63,031 nt of DNA, filler included, from Perkinsus chesapeaki ATCC PRA-425 (GCA_013115145.1; 6 parts of 6 records of this genome joined end to end with filler, not necessarily neighbours in it); one strand, 5' to 3'; shown: positions 38,034 through 50,177, counted from the first letter of the whole stretch. Program-made: numbers and translations. Notes: generated by a model not told the origin, from the letters alone.

Positions 38034-39545
38034 TCTTATTATCCTTAGGTAGCCTAGTGCGGGCTAATACCATATCTGGTAATGTGACAGCCACCAAAGC
38101 TAGAGACGAGATGAGCCTCATATCTGTAGGAATTAAAGTCAACTTCCTGAAGACGAGTTATCTTAATCTCACGAATGTCTAGCCGAATAGGCCGTGTTCA
38201 AGCTCATAGACCGTTTCGTGCGTTTTGAAACGATCTGACCATCAGTTTCAGGCGGGCGGGATGCACTTCGTGTCGAGCACCTCGCAATGTACACATCGTT
38301 GTGTGTGGGATTGAGGTGCAGAATGGACGCTTGCTTGGCCATCTAGTGCGGGGTAGTTTACGTTCGCGAGAGCGGGTCTCTAAGGCATTATATCGCAAAT
38401 CCGCCTTACACGTACGAAAGTAAGCCAAAAAGCTGAGAGGCTAATCGACTAATCTTCGCAAATTTCGAAGGTCCTGTCAACCTTGGCCAATCCCTACGGT
38501 TACGCGGTGATTATGTCTTCTTTGTACGAGAGTCGAGTGATGTGGAGATGCTTACAACTGAGGGAGAACGCTCGCTGTGGCTGGAGGCCCGAGCGATGTT
38601 GGGCATCAGAAGTTCTTTGGGGAAGAAAACAACATCAACCGTTATCGGTGCAACTTCACTAGAGCTCTCACTTTAGTGCACTGTAACGACACTGCAATGC
38701 GGAGTTTGCACTCGTCCGTCCATTCGTGGCTATTGCCCTGAACTATGGTGTCCTCAGCGAGGCCTTGTGTGCTATTGAACTGTCAAGGCTACCGATGTAG
38801 CCGACCAGTATGTTATGATGGAAATTGTACTATGTCAAGATACAATATCTTTGCCTTCGCGACCCCATTCTCAGTCAACACAACAGTGGAACGTATATGT
38901 GGGTTACTCATCTGGTTCCAGTGATGCGTGTTGACTCGGACAGACCCCGCCAAACACGTCACCGCATCAGATAGGGAATGGGTGTATCTCGCCGCAAACT
39001 TGAGCTAAGATGGCCACAATCGACGTTGCTGTAACATGGCGGTATGCATAGGACACACAATCTAGCTCGCGCAGAATTGCGGGGCAACACAAATGGAGAA
39101 GTGAAGAACCAGCTTCAGCTCGACCTGTACCTCCAAGCTCTCCTGCTTTCCAAAGAGGGTACAGCTTAGTCTCAAGGAATGTTGGTGGAGTGTCTTTTGG
39201 AGCCAGTACATTCCGAACCTTTCTATCTAATTAAAATGTTGTTTCACGTGGTCCTTACAAGCGCATCCGATTAGACCGTTTATACATGCTTGCGTTGGGT
39301 GGCACCGTTCGAACTTCGAGCCGAAGGGGCCCACTGTAAGAGGGTCGCTTGTAAGAATTCATCAGTAGAATCGGTGGTGTCCTAATATACCGGAAGAAAA
39401 GCGGCTTGCTCTGACGGGAGGATGCGCGAAATGTAAGAGCCTCGGAGAACTGCCGCTCCAGGATCGCTTGCCGTACCACACTGGACTCAAAGCATTGGTT
39501 ATAACACGAAAGTCATGAAACTTACTTCATACTTTAAATGCGTCA

Positions 39546-39572
39546 AACTGGCTCAGTGTGACTGAGCCAGTT
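39546..39572. repeat. Perfect 12-bp hairpin with a 3-nt loop
   Basis: AACTGGCTCAGT-GTG-ACTGAGCCAGTT. Confidence 0.9.
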
Positions 39573-39951
39573 ATGTAAGTATACACGCAATGGTAACATA
39601 GGACATCGGCCGACAATGCAGTAATTTGGATACTAGAATACGAAGTTCATAGTAATGTTGAAGAGTTGAATGTTTACGAATCTCCGCATGGTTTCAGAGT
39701 GCAGAACTCTCGGATAGCTCTTGCTCTGTGAATTCACGAGGCTTCGATAAAGTAGGCAAGCGAAGAGCCGACAAGGAGAAGCTCCCATGCTTGTAGAAAC
39801 GCCACCTGAAAGAGCATGATCCAATATAAAAAGTAACAAGGAAGGAACATCTCCTACATTAAATAGCATGCAATGGTGACAATGATAACAACCAAGACAA
39901 TCGCGATGATGATCCCTCCACTTCCGCTCGACTCGTTATTGTTGGAAGCGA

Positions 39952-40051
39952 NNNNNNNNNNNNNNNNNNNNNNNNNNNNNNNNNNNNNNNNNNNNTTAAT
40001 TAATTAANNNNNNNNNNNNNNNNNNNNNNNNNNNNNNNNNNNNNNNNNNNN
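39952..40051. other. Artificial contig linker
   Basis: N/TTAATTAATTAA/N, 100 bp. Confidence 0.98.
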
Positions 40052-40244
40052 GAACAGCAATTGGGACGAGTTGCTAAAGTAGCAATGCTAATGGATAGCT
40101 ACAGTTCATCCACATTTCGTCTAGCATGTCAATGGAGTCGCTAATCAACTTTGATTACGATAATAATTGAGTTTGGAAATAAAAACTAGTGTCAAACCCG
40201 ATAAAACATCAAATTGAAATAGCCGGCAGAAAGAATTCATTGTG

Positions 40245-40526
40245 TCAATGACAGCACCTACCGCAAAGAACAGGTGCTGGGGTTCCACATTTGGCCGCTA
40301 TGGCTATACACGCCCATAGAAAAAAGGGGACCGCGAAACCTCCACTAGCGCAAGTGAGGCAGAAGTTGCAGTTCTTTTCCTGGTTGCTAAGTCGGCGAGA
40401 GACATCAGAAATCCCATAGACGCTGGGGATGGGAGAGGTATCGACCAATCTCGACCTCGCGGCCCGAAGCCCGAGAGCCGAGATGGGCAATACAGACCAG
40501 AGGGTGAGCCTGACTAGTGTGAGCAA
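40245..40526 (-). CDS. Candidate small cysteine-rich secreted peptide precursor (start unresolved)
   Basis: Hydrophobic N-terminus, then RRLSNQEKN, then an 8-Cys domain CNFCLTCASGGFAVPFFLWACIAIAAKCGTPAPVLCGRCCH*. The ORF begins at TTG right after a CAG; no in-frame ATG seen. Confidence 0.4.
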   Translation of the reverse strand: MLTLVRLTLWSVLPISALGLRAARSRLVDTSPIPSVYGISDVSRRLSNQEKNCNFCLTCASGGFAVPFFLWACIAIAAKCGTPAPVLCGRCCH

Positions 40527-40742
40527 GCTGTCCGAGCGTTAGCCACACAGTCAAGGTAACTCATCTCTAGTCCCCCAACATCAAGGGTAAAAAAAATATA
40601 CCACTGTGATGCCTTGATGGCTCATCAGCGGCCACAAGGTTACTGTCGTAACCATGCAATTGCCTCAATGAGGCACCCATACCACTCGCACAAGGGTCAA
40701 CTCCGCGCTCGCCAGCATAGGTCGACCGACACGCGCTTTCAT

Positions 40743-41021
40743 TCAATCACCGGTTCGATCCCCAGCTGATGAATTTCTCCTCCAAGAAACCGTGCCGTAT
40801 TTCTCTCCGACGGAATTTCGATGAGTGACCTCGCCGCCATCAATGGAAACATTGCTTCTCGTATTCAATAATGCCCATTTTGAGAGTTCCCCGTCTCTGC
40901 GGTCATCCTGTACCACTGGGAGATATCCTTTCGCTCTGACAGGACCCACGTTGTCTTCAAGAGGTGTGACTGTGCAGACCAGTAAGGCAAGTGAAGCGAC
41001 GCTTAGTAGCAAATGCATCAT
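40743..41021 (-). CDS. Small hypothetical secreted protein
   Basis: ATG start with signal peptide MMHLLLSVASLALLVCTVTP. Confidence 0.45.
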   Translation of the reverse strand: MMHLLLSVASLALLVCTVTPLEDNVGPVRAKGYLPVVQDDRRDGELSKWALLNTRSNVSIDGGEVTHRNSVGEKYGTVSWRRNSSAGDRTGD

Positions 41022-41226
41022 ATTGAGAGCTCAAGGGAAACTGCTGCATCAATAAGCAGTGACTCAAGAAGACTAAGAATTTGCGATGTATATCACGTGA
41101 GGACCTATTGTGCAGTCGCACTGCTCGCCTTTCGATCACGGAGCAAAATCGTCATCTCACATAATTCCATACCAGACAGTTTTGACGTGTCTACCTGTAC
41201 ACTGCCACGACACCAGGGCAAAGACT

Positions 41227-41326
41227 NNNNNNNNNNNNNNNNNNNNNNNNNNNNNNNNNNNNNNNNNNNNTTAATTAATTAANNNNNNNNNNNNNNNNNN
41301 NNNNNNNNNNNNNNNNNNNNNNNNNN
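41227..41326. other. Artificial contig linker
   Basis: N/TTAATTAATTAA/N, 100 bp. Confidence 0.98.
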
Positions 41327-41465
41327 CACCACATTAATATTAATAACACCACATTAATATTAATAACACCACATTAATATTAATAACACCACATTAATAT
41401 TAATAACACCACATTAATATTAATAACACCACATTAATACTAATAACACCACATTAATATTAATA
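41327..41465. repeat. 20-bp minisatellite (ACATTAATATTAATAACACC), about 7 copies
   Basis: Exact period of 20 with one variant copy; each unit contains the palindrome ATTAATATTAAT. Confidence 0.95.
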
Positions 41466-41504
41466 TTGGTAAATATTGTTATTACAGTGTATAATAATTT
41501 ATTA

Positions 41505-42150
41505 TTAACGTCCGAATCGTTGCTGTTTACTATTATAAGTATTTAACGCGTGTATAATATCAGTAGAATATTTTATCGAATATAATGGTATTAATTCAGC
41601 ATAATATATATAACTAGGATCTAGTTTATTAGGTATAGTTATGTTATTATATGAAAATGGATAATTATTTCTATTTAATAATAATGCAATATCAACTTTA
41701 TCATTACAATTAATAATATCACCATACAATTTATTATTAGCTATATTAACTATATTATTATGTGAATTATTACAAGAAATATATTCTATTTTACATTCAT
41801 TATACATTTTATTATAATGAAAATTATTATATTTATAATAACAATCATATATTGTTATATATTTACATTTAGATATATTTACTATTGCTATACAAGCATT
41901 AGTTAGTTCATCACTAGTATATTCTCTATCTAAACATAATAATATATGCTTTGGTATCTTGTTTAATGTTTTATTACTACACTCATTACCTAATATATTA
42001 ATTATAATATATAAACAACAATAACTTACTTAATCTTAATATTAATATTGGTATTATTGTCGTATAATGTATTATAATATCATGTATAATACCGACCATA
42101 TGCAATAACTTGAATAATATATTTAATATTGCATCTTTTATATTAACCAT
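41505..42150 (-). CDS. NUS1/NgBR-like cis-prenyltransferase subunit
   Basis: Two exons (42150-42030, 41989-41505; GT-AG, phase 1) give 201 aa. Hydrophobic N-terminus, KIPKHILL, ITIYD, and C-terminal ALNTYNSKQQRFGR* with the RxG motif of the CPT family. Confidence 0.65.
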
Positions 42151-42747
42151 AATAACAGATAACTACCAACAACTATAGCTAGCTCTAAAAAATAAAGAAT
42201 GTAGAACATGCATCACTTCGCTCCGCTGTAGTCGAGGTGTGTACGCCAAAAAGTAAGAAATAAAAGATTACAATCCCAACCCAACCCGCGCAAGAATGAA
42301 AAACCAATTGATTGCCACAGGTGTGAAATTCCAATCGGTCCCGCGTAAGCTCTTTAGAAAAGTGCGCATCTACATGCAAATTTGTGATCCTTTTCATGTA
42401 CGTGTTGTCATGGTTGGTATATTATTACCCTATTTAGAGTATATTTAAGGTGTTAAGATGATAACCGGGATAAAACCCTCTATTATATTTACCAATTATG
42501 CCTTATCCACTTTGGACTATCATCATTTGGTATCCGACTAAATTGGTTATGTTACTAAATTACAAGTCAAGCTAATTTCAAAAAAGTCAATATCCAACTT
42601 AAGTTCCTTAACCACATCAACCCAGCCGTCCAAACTTTATATTTTCCATATAGATTATGTAAATTGTAAATCTTGTCTATGTTATTTCAATAATGATAAT
42701 TATTATTGAGTATGCTGTATGTTGTAGTTGTTGTTGTTGTTGTTTAC

Positions 42748-44396
42748 ATGGATAATAATATTGAAGTTAAGTTGGTATCAGATGATATAGGTTTAGGAGT
42801 GTTTAGTATTATTAATGCTAATATTGGTGATATAATATATAATAATAAAGATAAACCATTATTTCATATACAACATACAGCTAATAGAAGATTTGTTACA
42901 GCATGTCAGAACTGTGGTAAAATAATTAATAATACATCATTACAATTACAAACAATACTAGATGATGATGTATTTCGTGAAGCACAATATGAAGTAATAA
43001 TATTATATAATTAATATATATATAATTATGATTGATAGGCATATGAATTATCTCATGAGGGGGCATTACCTGATAATAATAATAATATTGTTAGATGTAA
43101 ATGTGGTGAAATATATTGTACAGATAATGTAAGAATAATAATTAGTTGGGTCATTATTATTATAATCATATTTTCTTATTAGTGTCGTATTGAAGCATAT
43201 AATAAACATCATTGGGCATTATGTGTAGCTAATGATGCTGCTGCTGTTGCTAATAATAATAATGATGATGGTGGTGGTGGTATAAGTAAATTTAAGTATT
43301 ATTGTTTAAGTATTGATGGTTGTGATGATACATTATTATTAGCTGCACAAGTAATAGTTATGATATTAATAATAATATAGATCGTGTTTTAAGCAGGTAT
43401 TAGCTGAGCTTGTCTCAAAATGTAATAATGATGAGAATATATTAAAAGATGAAGTATCATGTTTAATGAGGTAATTGAATATAGATTATTATCATTTATT
43501 ATTATCAGTTATTGTCATGGTAAAATAACAGATATAGCTAGACCACCACCAGGTATTAATAAATATGATAATAATGATGAATATAATAATTGGAAAATAT
43601 GGTTAAATGACAGTATTGGTAGAGCGTATGAATTATTAAGAGATGGCTTTAAAGATAGAAACAAAGAATTAGGTTATCTATTAAGTAATGAATGCCCATA
43701 TGGTGGAAGAATATTGTTTGAGAATATTATTGGTATGTTTGATATGAATAATATTGATATACAAATTAATAATAATAAAAGTAAAATGGAGGTAGTAGTA
43801 GTATCATATAATAATATATGTTAATAATACAATTTTAAATATTACTTATTTAGATAATTGAATTATATAATAATGCAAATAATATACATAATGATATTGG
43901 TGATACTATTATAAAAGTATTAACTAATATATTACGTGAAAAACAAGTAGCATTATCCATGTGGTCACCTGAAATGGAGGGTATATATGAAGATGATGAA
44001 GATGAAGATGATGAAGATGATGAAGATGAATATAATATAGATGATAATGACCAACATAATCATGATGAGTTAGTTGCTTTAGAATTGAATAATTTACGTT
44101 GTGAATCATTAAAAGTTGGTATAAATGAACTAATATTGAAAGATTTTCCATCTTACCATGGTACTGGATTTTATGAGATAATATCTAGAATGAATCATTC
44201 ATGTGATCCCAATATTAAAGTTATGTTTAATAATGATAATAATACAATACAATTAATATGTATTAAAAGAATAAATATTGGTGATGAATTAAGAATATCA
44301 TATGTACCAACCGATTTAGATGTTAACACAAGAAGGAATAGACTTAAAGATTATGGCTTTTACTGTAATTGTCCTAAATGTATTATACAACAATAA
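42748..44396 (+). CDS. SET and MYND domain lysine methyltransferase (SMYD-like)
   Basis: IGLGVFS, CQNCG/CKCG..YC MYND-like cysteines, acidic insert, MNHSCDPN, ELRISY and post-SET FYCNCPKC. Several short introns. Confidence 0.88.
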
Positions 44397-44530
44397 TAGC
44401 AATGTTAACAACGTATCAATAACAATGTTCCTATAGTAACGTTTCTACCATATAGTTAATAATGTTAATAATTATTACAGTTTAATATAATAACAACAAT
44501 TCGGTCATAATAATACCCCGATATATTGAC

Positions 44531-44560
44531 GTGAGTTCGAATCCCACACTTGTCATTTTT
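44531..44560 (+). tRNA. tRNA-like 3' fragment (T-arm, acceptor strand, T5), pseudo
   Basis: GTGAG-TTCGAAT-CCCAC-ACTTGTC-A-TTTTT. One T-stem mismatch; no matching 5' half nearby. Confidence 0.45.
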
Positions 44561-44662
44561 CGTAATATATCCCTTATCGATTAATATGGCGTGTGGTAAT
44601 AATAATAATCTTAATCTCTACTGTTGAAGTAAGCCTTCCTCTTCTTCTTCGTGTTGGTTCTT

Positions 44663-45194
44663 ATGTTACGTTTATCACCATTAACATTAGTAGTACGTTA
44701 TCCATCTGGTACACGTACTATTATGTCACCATATCCAGGTGGACCAGTATATCAATGGTTAAGGATTAAGTAATATACATATTATTATTGTATTATTTCG
44801 TATTATTAGTTATAATTATTTTAAAAGATATCAATGGAGACGTGTTGGTAGATGGCAAATGAGATCATGGTGCTATTGGAAAGCTGCATTTTATGGTGTA
44901 CCTGAATGGAATATTGATCCAACTAAGAATCAATGGCGTTGGTGTGTTGATCCAGGGTAGTAATAATAAGATACATTATTAATTATATTTTGTTAGATGG
45001 TATGGTGGTATGAGAGATAAAGCTAATATGGATATGTATAGGTTAATGGTTTATCCATTCTTTGGTTATGCATTATTATTCTTACATTCTAGGTTTAAAC
45101 AAAATGATAAGTAATAATATTATTCAATGTAAATATTATTATTATTATTATCAGATATAATGTATTTGCTAAATGGCGTAAGGATAATGAATAA
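44663..45194 (+). CDS. Small Trp-rich protein with one predicted TM segment, probably mitochondrial (129 aa, 4 exons)
   Basis: Exons 44663-44769, 44828-44956, 44997-45110 and 45155-45194, all GT-AG, total 390 nt with no internal stop: MLRLSPLTLVVRYPSGTRTIMSPYPGGPVYQWLRIKYQWRRVGRWQMRSWCYWKAAFYGVPEWNIDP...YRLMVYPFFGYALLFLHSRFKQNDKYNVFAKWRKDNE*. Confidence 0.8.
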
Positions 45195-45761
45195 ATACAA
45201 TCGTTATTTGATATCACTTGGTGGTGGTGGTGGCTGCCAGCCACTGGCTGATGCTTTTGTGAAGATGATATTATTAACAAGAGTAATCTTAGTACATGTT
45301 CTTGCCTATATTTGGTTATTACCCTTGGCTTGAACTCGTCGTCATTAATAGAGGATAATAATAAAGATGATAATTATCTTTTGTATTAATTATTATATTA
45401 TTGTGTTAAATAATTATTATTTGCAGGGTAATAATATGGTATATATGTGTAAAGGATGTATTAGTTATTATAATATATGTAAGCTACTGATGCTGCTCCT
45501 CAATATGATTAAATTATCTATCTCCCAAGTTTTCTAAGTCGTAAAAAAGTTATACCAAAAACCGAATTCGCATAACGACGGTTTGGTTCGCACTGTAGTA
45601 GTATATAATAGTAGTTCATAAGTCTGGTAGTCCAAAAGGTTTCAATAATATTATTAAGAAATTGTTAAATGATATTAATTATACTTAAATAATAATAAGC
45701 GTAGTTAATGTATGTTTCTCTTATCATGATTATGAGTTAGTTATTACATGTTGTTGTTGGC

Positions 45762-48015
45762 ATGTTTTTATTATTGCGTTGGTATTATTGTTATTGGCTG
45801 TTATTGGTTGTTGTCATTATTATAAGGTTTTATATTTGTAATGCTTATGAGACAATTATGTCATATTACAGTAGATCAGCAACCTGGACGTCAACAGGAA
45901 CACCATCAATGATGATAAGGAGGAAGAATAGACAGAGGAGGAGCAACAGCATGAATACAAGAAGAAGAGGGACTAGGCTAATTACTACTGTACTTATTAT
46001 TATTATTCTAGTATATATTATGATGTTATATATAACATCATCATCCTCACCACCACCTACATATACATATGATAAATTCTTATCACCAATTAATAATCAT
46101 CCTATTAATACTGATATACTTGTAATGAATAATAGAAGAAGTCATTTACGTGGTAGTAGTAATAATAATAGAATAATAAATAATATCTTATCATCATTAC
46201 CAACAACATGGAGCATGACGACATCATCATCATTATGGTGGTTAGTATTCGTCAGTGGTAGTAGTAGTTTTATTGGTTTAGTACTTGACATGATGATTAA
46301 AAGGAAAGCATCATCGTCGAAATGTGATACTATAAGGCCCGACAAGCAGCAGCAGCAGCAGATGGTGATGATGATATCCAAAGAAGGAGATAATGAGATT
46401 AAAAGAGTACAACAGGATGGTAATGGTGGTAATGGTGGTAGTGATTATTATAAGTATGAACTTCGAGATAATATTGATACGTTACAAATAGCACCTGGTT
46501 TAGATATTAATATTATTAAAAGGATAAGTAAGATTAATAATGAACCTGATTGGTTATTAGAATTTCGTATTAAAGCATATAATAACTGGATAAATAATTA
46601 TAGTAATAAACCACCACCAGAATGGAGTGAAGTTGGTTATCGTATGCCAAATGATATTAATGATTTATTACAGAATATATCAATGTTTTCAAGGCCTAAT
46701 ATATTACAATCAGCACATAGTGGAATTGAAGATAGACTTAATATTAAATTATCTAATAACAACATTGGAGGAGGAGGTTCAACGGCGACGACGACGGCGA
46801 TTGATGCAGTATATGATAGTCTATCAATAGCAACAACACAACGTAAAGAATTATATGATAAATATGGTATTATATTTTGTTCAATTTTGGAAGCATCACG
46901 AGAATATCCAGATTTGGTTCAAAAATATCTTGGTTCGGTAGTTGGTATAAATGATAATTATTATGCAACATTAAACTCATGTATATTCTCAGATGGTACA
47001 TTTATATATATACCACCTGGTATTAAATGTCCTATTGAACTATCTACATATTTTAGAATTAATAATACACAATCTGGTCAATTTGAGAGAACACTTATAA
47101 TTGCTGATAAAGATTCATCAGTATCGTATATTGAGGGATGTACCGCAGCCCAACCACCTCCACCACCATCATTATCATTATCCGACCATAATGATAGTAA
47201 TAAAGAACCTAATCAAATACATGCAGCAGTTGTAGAACTAATAGCATTAGAAAATGCTGATATTAAATATAATACTGCTCAGAATTGGTATAGTGGTAGC
47301 AGTAATAATAATTATGATAGAGATAATACATGGTATTATTCTGGTGGAGTACTTAATTTAGTAACTAAAAGAGGTTTATGTGCTGGTAGAAATTCAAGGA
47401 TAAGATGGACACAAGTTGAAACTGGTTCTGCTGTTACATGGAAATATCCAAGTTGCATATTATTAGGGGAAGGTTCTATTGGTGAATTTTATTCAGTCAC
47501 ATTAACAAATAATACACAAGAAGCTGATACTGGTACTAAAATGATACATATTGGTGATAATAGTAAAAGTAGAATTATAAGTAAAAGTATATCTAGTGAT
47601 TATTCTAATAATACATATAGAGGTATGGTTAAATTTGGTAATAATACACAAGGATGTACTAATTATAGTAAATGTGATGCATTACTATTAGGAGATAATA
47701 GTAATATATAATAATAATAATTAAACAGCAGATAATAACAATATTACGATATTAGGTACATCAAATACATTACCATTATTAGATATGAGTGGTGGTGATA
47801 ATAATAATGGTCAAATAATTGAACATGAAGCATCAACAAGTAGAGTAAGCGCTGATCAATTACAATATCTAATGTCAAGAGGTCTTGAAGAATCCGATGT
47901 ATTATCATTATTATTAACTGGTTTCTGTGAGGATGTATTTTCTCATTTACCATTAGAATTTGCTCAAGAGGCGAGTGATATGTTGAAAGATAGATTAAGA
48001 GGCACTATAGGATAA
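45762..48015 (+). CDS. sufB: Fe-S cluster assembly protein SufB with a long N-terminal targeting extension
   Basis: ISKINNEPDWLLEFR, FSDGTFIYIP, ELSTYFRIN, GQFERTLIIA, YIEGCTA, IHAAVVEL, QNWY, NLVTKRG, WTQVETGSAVTWKYPSC, QEADTGTKMIHIG and EHEASTSRV. One intron at 47701-47755. Confidence 0.96.
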
Positions 48016-48736
48016 TACTAATACTACCATTAATTATTATTACAATGATGATAATGGGTATAAGAGATATTGTGTTATTAGTATTACTTATTCTAAATCC
48101 GACTACATAGTCGGATACTGTAGTACATTATCTTAACATAATAATAATAAATGATGGAATATTATTTAAATAAGCATGCTAGCTTCTATTCGTAGTGGTT
48201 AATAACTATTGGAATAATAATACTATATTAACGGGCGGCCATCAGGTCTCCTGAGCAGCAGTCATGCATTCATCTATATCTAAACGTATACACGAATACG
48301 ACAACGTTAATAACACCAGCAACAGTTAGTAACAATATTCACTTACCAGTGGTAAGTGGTAAGTTACAACCGGAATTCTCCCTATCTACTTTTCCCGCGC
48401 CACTTTCTCGTGCGCGACTGGTTGCTACTCGTCCCCACTAGCAGCTCGAATTGTTAGTTGATAGTCTACTCTTGGTCGCCTACCATGGCTCTAGAATGGG
48501 CATCCATGACAGGGGTCTCACACTTCTAGTTACTAGAATCTAGTTGGATAGAAGTTTTATCCCTCCGTTGACCGTTCTGTGTCACAATTGTCCCATATAG
48601 CACAACTCTAGCTTAGCGCTTGAACTACTCAGCTGCATACACTCATCAGTATAGTTTGCTAAACTCTCTCTCTGGTCACACTAGGGAGTGTTGTGTTATC
48701 AAGAAGAACCATTGGTAACATCTGTGCCGTCCGAGG

Positions 48737-48801
48737 GACAGCGGTACTCCTTTATCGCTCGCCTGAAAGTTTCAGGCGAGCGATAAAGGAGTAGCGCTGT
48801 C
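48737..48801. repeat. 65-nt near-perfect palindrome (24 perfect bp, one mismatch, 7 more bp; single G centre)
   Basis: GACAGCG-G-TACTCCTTTATCGCTCGCCTGAAA-G-TTTCAGGCGAGCGATAAAGGAGTA-G-CGCTGTC. Confidence 0.97.
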
Positions 48802-49093
48802 TGTAACGGTTCTAAGTTATCTGTTCTATAGTTCCTTCTAGGAACCTAAAAAACCAGGTGAACTCATACTGAGTTCTTTAGGGAACTTATATTGAATTCT
48901 ATCTGAACTGCTTTGCGATATAGTTGGACTTCTAATTAGTCTATTCTAATCTATTAGTTGTGGTATCTATTCGTTAGTATCTGCATCTGTAGTCTAATCT
49001 AGTTATAACCTAACTCTTGCGTTTAACTAGTATCTTGAGCTCGTCTCACCAGTCGCTCTACTATTCCCGATTGCCCCTTCTAGTCGTGTTACA
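48802..49093. mobile_element. Candidate solo LTR
   Basis: TGTAAC...GTTACA inverted termini, 292 bp, composition similar to the neighbouring LTR-like DNA. No TSD found. Confidence 0.3.
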
Positions 49094-49293
49094 AGCCAAA
49101 CGGGATGCTACTTGTTACCCAAAGGGAACAACTCAATATCCTATGATATTGGATAATGTATTTGAGTATGATAATGCTAGCATATGAATAAGGACTTAGC
49201 CATAGCTCAGCTTAATGATACTAGGGACAGTAATTGCGGAGCGAGCGAAGCGGGCGGAGCTTATTATCTGGAAATGGATCATTTCGCCGTGCC

Positions 49294-49325
<32 letters not shown>
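49294..49325. repeat. (TGCG)8 microsatellite
   Basis: Read directly. Confidence 0.95.
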
Positions 49326-50177
49326 TACGAATTATTTCTCGTTAACCAGAGCAAACTAGCTGATGATCTGATCATCGACAGCTAGTATAGATTCTATAGA
49401 CGAAAAGATTTCCCTTTCTCTGGGGATGCCTAGAAAATTTGTAATTTTTTGAAAGCTACCCCGTGTGTCGAGTAAAAGCGCAAAAACATTTTTTGACGGA
49501 AAAATGCAGCCTTGCGCGCCATCGCGGATAACAGTGAAGAAAACGTTAAGTGACGAGAAGTGCTCAAGATTGTAACGACTAGTATCTGTAACGACTTCAG
49601 TTATGAAACGGTTGGATACTATAGTGTCGCTAAAGGTTGATACTCTGAACGTGTCGCTGTTGCATAGTCTGTTCGTGTTACCGTTTAGAACGTGTTGCTG
49701 CTATTGACTGCTACAACTTGCTTAGCTATTGCGCTGTGACTTGCCACGTGTGACTTAGCTATCACGTATAGAAGTCAGTACTAGACTGACTTTTACTTTT
49801 GCACTGTGTAATGACTAGATTAGTAGTAAGGATTAGATTCTACGACTTATTGTTGGGTTTATATGAAGCGTTTTACGACTCATTTAGAGGATTCTGGCGT
49901 TAGCCAACCGCGGTTAGCCCTATTTAGACTGTGCTACTGAGATAGGGAACGTCGGGTTTACTCTTGTCAGCTTTCCGACTCTCCACCTTCTCAGCTCTCT
50001 CAGCTTCTACTTCCCCTCCAAGCGGGCGTGCGAACGTCTAACTGCGTCTTTCTTGCAACGCTCCACACCCGCGACCGCGCATTCTACCGGCATTATGTCA
50101 CGTCTACGACATTTACGAGCCTACGTCTTCGGTTGGATGTCATCATCGCTCACTGGTTATCTTACTAGCAAGGTCTC

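Noticed and set aside
41505-48015. NUS1-like and sufB as a plastid/isoprenoid gene cluster
   Set aside because: NUS1 acts in ER dolichol synthesis and the intervening genes are unrelated; the shared AT richness reflects regional composition.
49895-49912. TGGCGTTAGCC as the PBS of element X
   Set aside because: No preceding LTR end or second LTR copy could be found, and it lies over 2 kb from gag.
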